A stretch of 64,000 nucleotides of DNA from Euglena gracilis (taxonomy: Eukaryota): NCBI GenBank assembly GCA_039621445.1, contig CP154954.1, forward strand, positions 36,751,703 through 36,815,702. Direction: 5' to 3'. The position numbers and the translations under genes are program-made. Shown piece by piece: positions 35,328-47,290 of this stretch; positions within the stretch are counted from its first letter, which is position 1, and the number at the start of each line of letters is the position of its first letter. The notes under the pieces were generated by a model. The model ran no database searches. It was not told the DNA's origin and was given only the letters and a program-made list of their open reading frames with translations.

Positions 35328-35798
35328 CATACATCTCTCTAAGGTTTTGCGAACTCCCCCGGGGGGGGGGGGGGGGGGGCTGCAGCCAGCCCCGATTTCG
35401 GCCCAGCCCAGCCGCAACAGCCCCCTCCCCCGCGGGGGGGGGGGGTGCTGCTGGCCCCAGCTAGCCAGCCCCCTTTTGGGGGTCCAGCCCAAAATTTTTC
35501 GGTGCCGAAATTTTTTTGAAAAACTGTGTTCGAAAGTGGCCAAAAATGGGGTTTGGGGGGGTTTGGGGCATTTTTGAGTGGTTTCAGATGCATCATTTTT
35601 TCAAAGCTGTGTTCTGCAGGTCATTTTTGGGCATTTTTCCGATTTCAGTCCAGCTCGCCCCGGTTCGGGTCCAGCCGGGGTCCAGCCCCCCCCCCCCCCC
35701 CCCCCGGGGGGGCTAGCCAGCCCAAATTTCTAGCCAGCCCAAATTTCTAGCCCTAGCCCAGCAACCCCCCCCCCCCGGGGTCCTTAAAGAGATGTATG
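35328..35798. mobile_element. hAT-like MITE (CATACATCTCT family)
   Basis: TIR CATACATCTCT(C/T)TAAGG. Perfect TSD ACGACCAC (35320-35327 / 35799-35806). Confidence 0.93.
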
Positions 35799-35833
35799 AC
35801 GACCACCCCTCATTTACGACCACCCCCGGTCAC

Positions 35834-36210
35834 CAGGGAATTTCTTAAGCCGGAGGGTACCCTACCCCCCGGGGGGGGTCCAGCCAGCCAGCAGCTCAAA
35901 TCCAGCCAGCAGCCCAAATTCGGGCTGGGAACCCCCCCCCCCCCGGGGTCGAGTGAAATAAAGTCGGGTCCAGCCCGGCCGGAGGCCGGGCCAGCCGGCC
36001 GAAGGCCGGCCCAGCCGGCCGCAGGCCGGCCAGCCAACTGGGCTGTCCAGCTCACTTATCCCTGCATTTTCCCCCCTCATCACAGCCCCTCCATCACAGC
36101 CCCCCAGCCTTGATCTAGCTCCACCCATCAAAATGTCGAAAATGGCCAAAGTGTGTTAGAAAATTTTGTTTTTCCTCGACCCAGCCCAGCCCAGCCCGCT
36201 CCAGCCCCGG

Positions 36211-36243
<33 letters not shown>

Positions 36244-36338
36244 GGGGGGTCCAGCCAGCAGCTCAAATCCAGCCAGCAGCCTTTTTGCCAGCCGGAGGCT
36301 GGACCCCCCCCCCCGGGGGGTGCTTAAGAAATTCCCTG
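35834..36338. mobile_element. hAT-like MITE (CAGGGAATTTCTTAAGC family)
   Basis: Perfect 17-bp TIR and perfect TSD CCGGTCAC. Relative at 46323-46696. Confidence 0.95.
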
Positions 36339-36564
36339 CCGGTCACAGGTTGCAGGCCATGGGGGTGTTATGACCCCCCCTCCTGGTCACAGGTTGCGAA
36401 AAATTTAACACCACCTCACCTACGACCGCCCCCTCAGTTACGACCCCCCCCCCCGGTCACAGGTTGCAGGAACCCGGTCATACGACTGGGGGGGGGGTAG
36501 TTACCGACCAGGCCGAGTCGGCCGACCAATTGGGTAGTCGACCGACTAGTTCTAGTACTAGTTC

Positions 36565-36804
36565 CAGGCTTCTTTTTAAGTCACCTGACCCCCCCCCCCA
36601 CCGGGGGGTGGGTGGGTGGGTCCGGGCCGGACCCCCCCCCCCCGCGCCGGAGGCGCTGGGTATACCTTTTCGGCGCAAAGCGCCGAAAATTTTTGAAAAT
36701 TGCCTTTAACGGGCCCGATTTTGGGGGGGGGTTCCCGCGCCACCCTGGGTGGGTGGGGGGGGGACACCCCCTCCCCCCCCCCGGGGGTCTTAAAAAGAAG
36801 CCTG
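36565..36804. mobile_element. hAT-like MITE (CAGGCTTCTTTTTAAG family)
   Basis: Perfect 16-bp TIR and perfect TSD ACTAGTTC. Confidence 0.95.
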
Positions 36805-37654
36805 ACTAGTTCTAGTACGACTGCCCAATACCCCCCCAGTCTGGTGCTAGAGGCTGGTCGCACTTATTGGCAACCCCCTTTTCTGGGCATTGACGCAATC
36901 TGGCCCCAAAAATGATTGCCCCCACGCCTCGATTTAACAGCCAAAAACTGTCAGAATTTTTGCAATTCGGGGGGTTGAGCAGCTGTATTCCCCCCTCCCC
37001 AAATGGCAAAAATTTGATTTTTTTTGTGCATTAGTCGGGGCGTGGTGTGTGCTAAAACTTGCCACCTGCCCCCGGGACCAGGTCAGCTGGGTTCCCCACC
37101 CCCCAAAACCCCAGAATCACCTGAACCGCTGCTGGTCAGCATCCCACAATCGCAAAATTTTGGCAATTTTTCGGTGTAAATTGGGGGCGATTGTTCGCTG
37201 CACGACCGCCCCCCCCCCCAAATGGCAGGGTCAAAAATTTTGGTTTGTGAAGGAACAGGTCCCGGGGGCTGGTGGCGCTTTTTGGCCCCCCATATTTCCT
37301 GCATTCAATCTGGCCTTGAAAATCACGCCCCCACGGCCCGATTGTCGAAATTTTGTAATTCGGGGGGGGGGGGTGGAGCAGCTGTATTCCCACCCCCGAA
37401 TAACAAAATTTTAAGAAAAGCCCCTCAATGATCCCATTAACCCAGAACCACTGCTACTCAACCCCCCCAAATAGCAAAATTTTCACAATTTTTGGGTGTT
37501 AATCGGCGGGGGGGGGGGGCGTGGGGGCGTGATTTTCGGGGCCAGATTACCCCAATGCCAGGAAGTGGTGTGTGCTAAAACTTGCCACCAGCCCCCGGGA
37601 CCAGGTCAGCTGGGTTCCCCACCCCCCAAAAACCCCACTGTTTCGTAAGTGAAA

Positions 37655-38551
37655 TTTTTTGCATGCTGTGTTTTGCTAAGGATTTTGTGTGGTTGCCACT
37701 CCCCACACCTCTTGGCATTCAGGTACTCTCCAAGGAGGAGAAGGAGGAGGAAAATGAAGGAAAAAGAAGAATGAAAAAGGAGGAAGAAGAGGGAGGAAGA
37801 GGAAGAAGAGGGAAGAAGAGGAAGAAGAGGAAGGAAGAAGGAAGGGGAAAAAGAAGAAGGAGCAAGAAGAAGGAAGCAGGCGATGGAATACGAAGGAGGA
37901 AGGAGAAGAAGGAAGAAGTTTGCAGAAGTTGAAGGAAGAAGGAATGTTCAGAGAACAAGGAAAAATGAATGATCAGAGAAGAAGGGAGACAATGGAAGAG
38001 CCATTGCCAACAGCCCAGTGCCCCGCACTACCACAAAATAGCTTGTGGTTGACAGTTTTTTTGTGAATTGGTCGCGTTGTTGTTTCCCCTGCTTGATAAT
38101 GCAAAATCGGAACAAAGCTGAGTCTGTTTTTTTAGAAAGCTTGCATCCACGCACACACGCGCGCGCACACACACACACGCACACGCACACGTACTCGCAC
38201 ATTTCACACACAGAAGGTGCGAGGAACACAGCACATGCAGAGCAGGCATGTACGTAGTTTGTTGTGGAGTTTGCATTGTTTGTGTGAGTTGGGGGCACTG
38301 ACGGGAGGCAGCGGCGGCCAGGCGGTGCAGGAGCGGGGGCAAGTGAAGGAGCGGGGGCGGGCTATCGAGCCATGGCCAGCCCCGATATCCGCCTCCCCCT
38401 GCTAGACCAGTGCCCCCTGCTATCACAGAACAGGCTGTGGTCAACGTTTTTTTTTGTGAATTGCATGCATTCCCCCCAGGTGACGAAGCTGAGAATTTTT
38501 TTTGAGAATGCTTCCACACACGCGCGCGCACACACACACACACAAACACAC

Positions 38552-38588
<37 letters not shown>

Positions 38589-39330
38589 CGAACACGGGCA
38601 CGCATGCATGCGCGCGCACACATATGCATATGCATGCACAGAAGGAGTGTGGAACACATGCTTGCATCACATGCAGAGTGGACAACACCAGACATTCAGA
38701 GGGCACCATATTTGTGTATCATGTGTATCACCTTTGGTATCACCTGGTTCACATTGTGTTCACCAATGTTTTTGTGTTCACCTGTGTTCACCAAAAGATC
38801 GTCCGAGTTTAAGTAAAGTAAATTTGAGAATGCTTCACAAAACGCGCGCGCGCACAAACACAAATACACACCACCAAAAAAACACACACAGCACACACAC
38901 GCCAAACAAAAAAACAGGCGGGCACGCATGCATGCACCACAAAATATGCATGCACAGAAGGAGTGTGGAACACATGCTTGCATCACATGCAGAGTGGACA
39001 ACACTGTTTGTGGTGGAGTTTAAATATTTGACACGTTTGTGTGAGCAGGGGGACTGAAGGGAGGCAGCAGGCCAGGCAGCAGGAGCGGGGGCACGCTGTG
39101 CGGGTACGCTTCCCCCACCTCCACCTGCCCGCCAATCGGCTCGCTGCCAGGTGTGTGCTGCTGCCTCAGCAAGAAGAGGGTGGGTGTGTGCAATTGTGCG
39201 TATTGCATTTCAGCAGAAAGAAACCGACAATGATGTCAAGAAAAATATGCATGGCGGATTTCCAGGTTGCCCATTTTTCAAATCAGAAATGTTGTGCCCC
39301 GGACACGCTTTCGTTTTTTTTTTGCTGGCT
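37655..39330. repeat. GA/CA dispersed repeat with internally multiplied (CA)n module
   Basis: Closely similar to 32290-33130. The CA-containing block occurs three times (~38150, ~38520, ~38840). Confidence 0.8.
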
Positions 39331-39879
39331 TTTGGATTTTTTTTGATGTTATCAGCTTGTGGACAATGAAGGGCAAAGATTGTAAGGCACAGACGTGTTC
39401 CTGAGGCCAAAGATGACTTTTGTCATTTTCGGATTTTTCACCCAAGAAATTCCATATTTCCAGAATCAGCACGTTCCCAAAATGACAAAAAGCAAGCTTT
39501 TGGACTTTTTTTTTTGGAAAGAATGTGACAAATGGCTCAAAGGTTGCGCCCATGTTGCAAAAACGACCAAATTTGTGAAATTTTCCCAAGTCCCCTCCAG
39601 TACATTCCCGACATCAATTTTCCCTCAGTTTTTCCAAAGGCCTCCAACATCAATCCCCCCCCCCCCGTGCACTGCACAGAAGCTGGTCTGTGTGCAGACG
39701 GGTCTTTGTGTCACCGGATGGCAGGGTGACAGACATGTGGCCATTTGCTGATGTTTTGGTTTCATTGCTTGGCAGTTGGAAGTGCAGGAGTGAACTTTCT
39801 GAACACCCACCCACCAGCACCCGGGAGAAAATGACCCAAAGTCAATGGTTTGGTAGCCCAAACCGGGGGGGGGGGGTGG

Positions 39880-40269
39880 CAGGGTTCGATATAAGGAGGG
39901 CGTACATGGTTTAGGTGGGGGGGTGTCCCCCCCCCCCCCCCCCCCTCCTGGCCCGCAGGGGGGGGGGTCCGGACCACCCCCCCCCCACCTGCAAGGGGGG
40001 TCCGGACCGACCCTGGGGGGCAAAAATTGACCCCCCCCCAAAAGGGTCATTTTTTTGCTTTGCGCCGAAATTTTTTTGCATTTTTGGCACATTTTTGCCC
40101 AAAAAGTGCCCAAAATGGCACTTTTGGTCGTTTTGGGGGGTCAAAAATTTTCGGCCACCCTGACCGCGCACCTGTTTAGGTGGGGGGGTGCCCCCCCCCC
40201 CCCCCCCCCCTCCTGGCCCGCAGGGGGGGTCCGGACCACCCCCCCCACCTGTCCTTATATCGAACCCGG
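39880..40269. mobile_element. hAT-like MITE (CAGGGTTCGATATAAGGA family)
   Basis: Colinear with 26755-27191. Right end tccttatatcgaacccgg. TSD imperfect. Confidence 0.9.
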
Positions 40270-40619
40270 GGCTGGCGGGTCGAAAAACGCTCATCTTCGG
40301 CCCAAAAACGGTTTGTCTGGGTCCGGGAGGCAAAAAAAACATCGTTTCGGGCCAAAAAAAAATTCGGGTTTTATCGCTTTTTTTGACCCGAAAATGATCC
40401 AAGGGGGTCCATCCACCTAGCAGCCTTTTTTTTATAACAGATTCATGTTCCTGTCCATCCAGCTTTTTGACTTGGTGGATGGAACAGGTTTTTGGTATTG
40501 CAGTTCACTCCACAGCCTGTGGGACATTTTTGCTCATTTGGTGCTGAAGGCCCCAAATATGTGCATTATCTTTTCTGGCTTGCTTGCCATTCGTTGGCAT
40601 CTGACGCTCCGGTTGGCGC

Positions 40620-40877
40620 CGGTTGTTTTTTTTACCAACCCCTGGGGGGGAGTGTGCCTGTGAGTGCCTGCCCAGGCAGGCACTACCCCCCCCCCCCGGG
40701 GTGGGGTCAGATTTCGGCCTGTGCCCACCGCCATTTTTGGCTCCCCGGCGCTTTGGTGCCGTGTGCCCTACCCCCCCCCCCCTGGGGGGTTGGATCAGGA
40801 GTGCCTTGGAGTGCCTGCCCAGGCATGCACCCCCCTCCCCCCGGGGTGGGGTCGGCACCCGACTAAAATATGGCCTG
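40620..40877. mobile_element. hAT-like MITE (CAGGC.ATATTTTAGTCGGG family, inverted)
   Basis: Reverse copy of 48396-48689. Flanks gttggcgc / gttggcac (7/8). Confidence 0.8.
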
Positions 40878-41634
40878 GTTGGCACAGGAGAAGTTCTTTT
40901 TTGGAATGAATACTATTTTTTTATTAAAGTATATCATAGTTTAATTATATTATTTTTTTTGGAAAATGCCACTCCTGCTCCTGAGGGGGGGTTCTGCCAA
41001 AATGGCATTCATTTGGCCAGCCGGCCATGAAGGGTTTTCCGCTTGCCAACCGCCATGGTGGGTTCCCCACCCCAGGACCACTGCTCCCGTCTTTTCCTGT
41101 TGTCGCGGGTGACACCGTCGTCCCAGGCTGCAAATAACGCTCCCCCCGCCCCAGCCCCACTGACAGCAGAGCTGGCGATCCATGCAGGATCCAGGGGCCG
41201 TTGGGTGTGTTTTTCGAGCGGTTCGGAGGGGTTGGCATGAAGGACCGGCGGGCGGCAAAAATTGGCAAAAGTGGCGTGGAAGAAATGGGCGTGCGAAATC
41301 CGGCCAGACATTTCTTCCCATTTTTGGAGGCAGCCGGCAAATTTTTCTATTTTTTTAAGAGTTTTTTTTTTTGAGCACCATCCTCCCCCACCCCCGCCCG
41401 ATATTCCCTCCCAGCACCCCCAATTTAACACATATAATTTATAATTTCATTATAATCATATGTACAACTATTTAGTTTCAGCCTGTGTTTTTTTGCAATT
41501 TTTGCCAGGGTGCCAATGGGTCCACCCACTGCCACCACCAGACATATGCCGTCCCGGCCAGGCATTTCTGACCACTTGGCCCAAGGTGGCTGGACCATTT
41601 AGTTGTACCTGTAGGTAGGCGGGTGACAAGTCCG

Positions 41635-43285
41635 GTGTGGCCGAAGCAAATAAATGGCCGCTGGCGTGGCCGAAGCAAGCAAATGGCTGGCGTGGCCGAA
41701 GCAAGCAAATGGCCGCTGGTGCGGCCGAATCAAGCAAATGGCCGCCGGCGTGGCCGACGTAAGCAAATGACTGGCACGTCCGAAGCAAGCAAATGGCCGC
41801 TGGCGTGGCCGAAGCAAGCAAATGGCCGGTGGCGTGGCCAAAGCAAGCAAATGGCCGGTGCAGCCGAAGCAAGCAAATGGCCGCTGGTACGGCCGAAGCA
41901 AGCAAATGGCCGCCAGCGTGGCCGAAGTAAGCAAATGGCCGCTGGTGCAGCCGAAGCAAGCAAATGGCCGGTGCAGCCGAAGCAAGCAAATGGCCGCTGG
42001 TACGGCCGAAGCAAGCAAATGGCCGGTGGCGTGGCCGAAGTGAGCAGAAGCCAGTGCAGCCGAAGCTAGCAAATGGCCGGTGGCGTGGCCGAAGCAAGCA
42101 AATGGCCGCCAGCGTGGCCGAAGTAAGCAAATGGCTGGCGCGTCCGAAGCAAGTAAATGGCCGCTGGTGCGGCCGAAGCAAGCAAATGGCCGCCAGCGTG
42201 GCCAAAGCAAGCAAATGGCTGGCGTGGCCGAAGCAAGCAAATGGCCGGTGCAGTCGAAGCAAGCAAATGGCCGGTGGCGTGGCCGAAGTAAGCAAATGGC
42301 CACTGGTGCAGTCGAAGCAAGCAAATGGCCGGTGCAGCCGAAGCAAGCAAATGGCCGCTGGTGCAGCCGAAGCAAGCAAATGGCCGCTGGTGCAGCCGAA
42401 GCAAGCAAATGGCCGCTGGCGTGGCCGAAGCAAGCAAATGGCTGGCGTGGCCGAAGCAAGCAAATGGCCGCCAGCGTGGCCGAGGTAAGCAAATGGCTGG
42501 CGCGTCCGAAGCAAGCAAATGGCCGCTGGTGCGGCCGAAGCAAGCAAATGGCCGCTGGCGCAGCCGAAGCAAGCAAATGGCCGCTGGCGCAGCCGAAGCA
42601 AGCAAATGGCCGCTGGCGTGGCCGAAGCAAACAAATGGCCGCTGGTGCGGCCAAAGCAAGCAAATGGCCGCTGGCGTGGCCGAAGCAAGCAAATGGCCGC
42701 TGGCATAGCCGACGCAAGCAAATGGCCGCTGGTGCGGCCAAAGCAAGCAAATGGCCGGTGGCGTGGCCGAAGCAAGCAAATGGCCGCCGGCGTGGCCGAA
42801 GCAAGCAAATGGCCGCTGGTGCGGCCGAAGCAAGCAAATGGCCGCTGGCGCAGCCGAAGCAAGCAAATGGCCGCTGGCGCAGCCGAAGCAAGCAAATGGC
42901 CGCTGGCGTGGCCGAAGCAAGCAAATGGCCGCTGGTGCGGCCGAAGCAAGCAAATGGCCGCTGGTGCGGCCAAAGCAAGCAAATGGCCGGTGGCGTGGCC
43001 GAAGCAAGCAAATGGCCGCCGGCGTGGCCGAAGCAAGCAAATGGCCGCTGGCGTGGCCGAAGCAAGCAAATGGCCGCTGGTGCGGCCGAAGCAAGCAAAT
43101 GGCCGCTGGCATAGCCGACGCAAGCAAATGGCCGCTGGTGCGGCCGAAGCAAGCAAATGGCCGCAGACGCGGCCGAAGTGAGCAAATGGCTGCTTGTGCA
43201 GCCGAAGCAAGCAAATGGCCGCTGGCGTGGCCGAAGCAAACAAATGGCCGCTGGTGCGGCCAAAGCAAGCAAATGGCCGCTGGCG
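41635..43285. repeat. 26/29-bp minisatellite with core GCCGAAGCAAGCAAATGGC
   Basis: More than 50 tandem units with a constant core and 7-10 variable nt. Source of the 666- and 731-aa spurious ORFs. Confidence 0.97.
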
Positions 43286-43498
43286 GCTGGTCGCAAAGCA
43301 ATGGGCCGCTGGCACTGTCGACGCCAGCGCCGGCTGCCGAAGCGGGCCCCGGCCGCAGGGCCCCCCCGACCCCGGCAGCTCAGGGCTGCCGCGCGTCGGG
43401 ACGTCGCTGGCCGGCAGCGCAGCGCAGCGGGCGAAGGAGCCCGCCGTGCTGCTGCGGTGCCCCCACACGCCTGAAGACCTGAAGGTGTGGCACTACAC

Positions 43499-44004
43499 CA
43501 GGGATGGATGGCAAGCCCTTCGGTATTGAGGTAGGTGGTGGGGGGGTCCCGACCACCCCCCCCCCCCAGGGGGTAAGGTGGTGGGGGGTCCGGACCCCCG
43601 TCCCAACATCTAGGGGGGGGGGTGGTCCGGACCCCCCCCCCTCCTTGACAGGTGCCAAAAATAGCAGAAAATTTTCTTCCGGCGCGCAGCGAGCAAAATG
43701 AGCAAAAACATCCCTTTTTGCTCACTTTTGGACATATTGCCCTTTTTTTGATGTGTTGGTGTTTTCCCCCCAAAAATTGTTCAAAAAATTTCAAAAAACG
43801 TTTTTGGATCGATTTTCAAAGAAAAATCAGGGATTTTTGACCGATTTTGACCCGATTTCTGGCCCTTTGCCCGTCCATGAAATCGAAAATTTTTCGGCCC
43901 CCCCTCAGTTTCGAGGTAGGAGGGGGGGGGGGCCGACCCCCCCCCCCCCCGTGTCGGGAGGGGGGGTCCGCCCCCCCCCCCTCAAGGCTTCCCATCCATC
44001 CCTG
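43499..44004. mobile_element. hAT-like MITE (CAGGGATGGATGG family)
   Basis: TIR CAGGGATGGATGG(C/G)AAGCC. Flanks cactacac / cactgccc (6/8). Empty site gtgg-cgctgccc-aaaag at ~5385. Second copy at ~63326-63831. Confidence 0.88.
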
Positions 44005-44072
44005 CACTGCCCCGAAACTCGATGCCGACCTTGCATCCATCCAACCCCAGGGTACTAAGCGAGCGTTTAGGC

Positions 44073-44332
44073 CAGGATTTTTTTTAGTTGTGGACCCCGG
44101 TGGGGGGGGTAGGGTGAGTGGGTCTGGCCGAGCCCCCCCCCCCCCCCGGGCCCCCCCCAAGGGGGGTGGGATATATTTTTCGGCGCCAAAGGCGCCGAAC
44201 AAGTGCTATTTTTAGCATTTTTCACAATCTTTCGGCCATTTTTTTTGTGGGTCCCCCGGGACCCCCCCCCCCCAGGGGGCAGGGGGTGGGTGGGTGGGGG
44301 TCCCCTCCCCCCCCGGTCTTAAAAAATTGCTG
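44073..44332. mobile_element. hAT-like MITE (CAGG..TTTTTTTA family)
   Basis: caggatttttttta ... taaaaaattgctg. Flanks gtttaggc / gtttaggg (7/8). Relatives at 59419-59653, ~33154-33257 and ~55371-55610. Confidence 0.75.
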
Positions 44333-44770
44333 GTTTAGGGGCAACCACCCCCAGCCCCTTCTCAGGGTAGGCGGGGAGGTCCGGAAACTCCTCTCAAAAT
44401 TACCAGAAAATTTTCTTCCGTGGCGCTTTGCACTGACAGATTTATGTTGCTATCATCTGTTTTTTTGGGGTTCTTGGGGTTAAAAAAAAATCGACTGTTT
44501 GGCATCATTGGCAGTTTCTTTTTTGGATTTTTTTTTGCAGTTGTGATTGTTTGATCCCCGGTGATTTGGCCTAGCTCCAGCCCGGGACCCCTACAGGGGG
44601 GGGGTCAGCAAGCAGCGTTTTTTTTAGCCTGCCCAAATTTTCCAGCCTCTGTGCTGTGGACCCTGGGGGGGAGGGAGCCTGAAACAACGCCCTGGTGGGA
44701 AGCGCAGTCGGCGTGTCAGGTGACAGATCCTTTTGGAGATTCAACTACGTTTTTTGCCTCTTTCTCTCAG

Positions 44771-44857
44771 GTATTTGTTAACAATGTGGAAGCGGCACAT
44801 GATGTCCTTCGACAGATCCTGGAGGCCCTGGTCTTCATCCATTCTCCCCAGACACAG
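44771..44857 (+). pseudogene. Exon-like fragment resembling protein kinase subdomain VIa (alphaE helix)
   Basis: Acceptor tttctctcag, then 29 codons VFVNNVEAAHDVLRQILEALVFIHSPQTQ, resembling the kinase pattern EA..I.RQILEAL.YLHS that precedes HRD. No other kinase motifs seen. Confidence 0.4.
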
Positions 44858-46322
44858 GCATTCCCCCCTTCGGCTGTGTGGTTTTCCTTTTCTGTGTAGA
44901 ACTCTCACCATTTTGGGTGTGACAGCTGATATCTCCGTCGGAGCCGCTGCAGCGCCGTGAATCATTAACACCACCGCACATGATCATTAAACCTGCCCCC
45001 TATCTTATACCCACCTTGGGCCACAACAATTGCAGGAACCCCAAAACTGTCACGGCCCGTGGTTTGTTTTTTGACGTTTCATTGACATGCAATCTATAAG
45101 GATTGTTCTGTGGAGTAATGGCCAGCATCATATTTTATCTGAAATTCATGCCCCCACGCCCCGGTGTATGCCGAAAAATTGCTGAAATTTTGCCGAAAAT
45201 TTGCTGTTGTGGGTGTTGACTAGCAATGGTTCAGGTGATTCTGGGGTTTTTTGGTAATGATGGGGTTTTGGGGGGTGGGGAACCCAGCTGACCTGGTCCC
45301 GGGGGCTGGTGGCACATTTTGGCACATCCCACCCCCGATTAAATCTTTAAATTGTCAAATTTTTTGCTTTTCGGGGCTCCCCCAAAGACCCCATTATTAC
45401 CAGAACCACAAGGGCCACAAAATTTTGACGATTTTTGGGTGTGAATCTGGGCGTCGGGGCGTGATTTTCGGGGCCAGATTACCCCAATGCCAAGAAATGT
45501 GGTGTGTGCTAAAACTTGCCACCTGCCCCCGGGCAGGTCAGCTGGGTTCCCCACCCCCAAAAACCCCAGAATCACCTGAGCCGCTGCTGGTCACCACCCC
45601 ACAATCGCAAAATTTTGGCAATTTTTTTGGTGTAAATGGGGCCATTGTTCGCTGTACGACCGCCTCCCCCCCCCCCAACGGCAGGAGCAAGATTTTTGGG
45701 TCGTGAAGGAACAGGGTTAGGGTCAGCGTCAGGGACCTGGTTCCGGGGGCTGGTGGCACGTTTCGGCACAGAGCATTTCCTGACATTGAGGCAATCTCGG
45801 CCCAAAAATCACGGGTATTTGTTTGCTGGACAAACCGCCGCCAAAAAATTACACGTCAGTTGCACCGAGGCCTGAATAGTGCTTTTATGTGTTATGTGGG
45901 TTGGGTTTTTCTTTTTGGTTAGTTTGTGGTTTGGCGGACATATGACCTGATTTTCATGACGTACGCCCCACCCCCCGATTGACAGCTGAAAATTGTCAAA
46001 ATTTTGCTACTCGGGGTGGGCATGAGAAGCAGTGATCCCCTTCGAATAGCAGTCGGAGCAGTCAGTCGGAAATTTTTTTTTCTGAATTCCTTTTTTGAAG
46101 GTTTTTTTTAATGTTTTTCTGAGGTATTTTAAGGTGTTTCTGCATCATGCCGGCCATTTGAAGGCTTTTCTTTTATCATTTTCTGAAGGCATTTTGGCCA
46201 AACATCTTTTGGATTTTTTAAAAGGGGGTTTCAAATTTTTCCAAATGAAATGAAACGGAGAGTTCCGTGGCTTGAAGGCCAACCTTTTCCCATTGTGGGC
46301 TGGAGGTTTTTTGAACCTGGCC

Positions 46323-46696
46323 CAGGGGTTTTCTTAAGCCGGAGGGGACCCTATTCCCCGGGGGGGGGGGTCCAGCCAGCCATCAAATCCAGCCAGCAGC
46401 CCAAATTCGGGCTGGGATCCCCGGGGTCGATATAAATATAGTTGCGTCCAGCCCGGCCGGAGGCTGGGCCAGCCGGCTGCAGGCTGGCCAGCCAAATGGG
46501 CTGCCCAGCTCACCTATCCCTTCATTTTTTCAGTAATTTTCCTGTTCCTCCAGTTCCGATCCAGCCTTGATCTAAATCCATCCATCAAAATGTCGAAAAT
46601 GGCAAAAAAAATCATTTTTTTGTTTTTCATCGACCCAGCCCAGCCCCCTCCAGCTCCGGACCCCCCCCCCCCGGGAGGTTCTTAAGAAAACCCGTG
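46323..46696. mobile_element. hAT-like MITE (CAGGG..TTTCTTAAG family)
   Basis: caggggttttcttaag ... cttaagaaaacccgtg. Flanks acctggcc / accgggcc (7/8). Colinear with 35834-36338. Confidence 0.85.
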
Positions 46697-47259
46697 ACCG
46701 GGCCCGCAGCACGCTGCACTTTCCCCAGAATTCTGTGCGGTTGTCCCTCCCCGCACCTCTCTGCATTCAGGTCCTCTCCATGAAGGAGAAGGAGGGAAAC
46801 AAAGGAAAAGGAAAAAGAACGAAGAAGTCCAAAGAAGAAGAAGGAAGAAGATGGCGTAAGGAAGAAGGTGATGAATCAAGGAGGAAGAAGAGAAAAGAAG
46901 AAGAAGGAAGCCGATGATGGAATAAGTAAGAGGAAGATGAAGGAGGAGGAGGAAGAGGAAGGAATGATTGAAGAAGCAGGAAGAATGAGGAAGAAAGTAG
47001 GACGAGGAAGGAAGCCATTGCCAGCCCAACACCCACCTCCTCTTGGCGGCCAGTGCCCCGTGCCTCCACAAAGGAGCTTGTGGTTGACGTTTTTTTTTTT
47101 GCGAATTGGACGCGTTGTTGTTTCCCCCAGGTGGACGTTCATTACAGGAACAAAGCAGAGTATGTTGTTTTTGAGTAAGGTTGCACGCGCACACACACAC
47201 ACACACATGCATACACACACACACACACATGCACACACACACACATACACACACACATG

Positions 47260-47290
<31 letters not shown>

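Larger units (their letters stand above)
35300..36499. mobile_element. TA-flanked MITE (CTAGTCGTACGACC family) split by two insertions
   Basis: Removing 35328-35798 and 35834-36338 plus one TSD each gives a sequence colinear with 18864-19056. Confidence 0.9.
41165..45330. repeat. Dispersed composite repeat, copy 2
   Basis: Colinear with 3265-6700. Has a longer minisatellite and two extra MITEs, and lacks the 5980 MITE. Confidence 0.8.

Noticed and set aside
41635-43285. CRISPR-like appearance (constant repeat plus variable segment)
   Set aside because: Variable parts are only 7-10 nt and recur from a small set. There are no unique spacers, no cas genes, and the context is eukaryotic.
41468-43794. 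Long ORFs (666, 731, 411 aa; also 371 and 347 aa at 3639-4881)
   Set aside because: They span a stop-poor minisatellite whose period is not a multiple of 3. The same peptides appear in all frames, so they are repeat artefacts.
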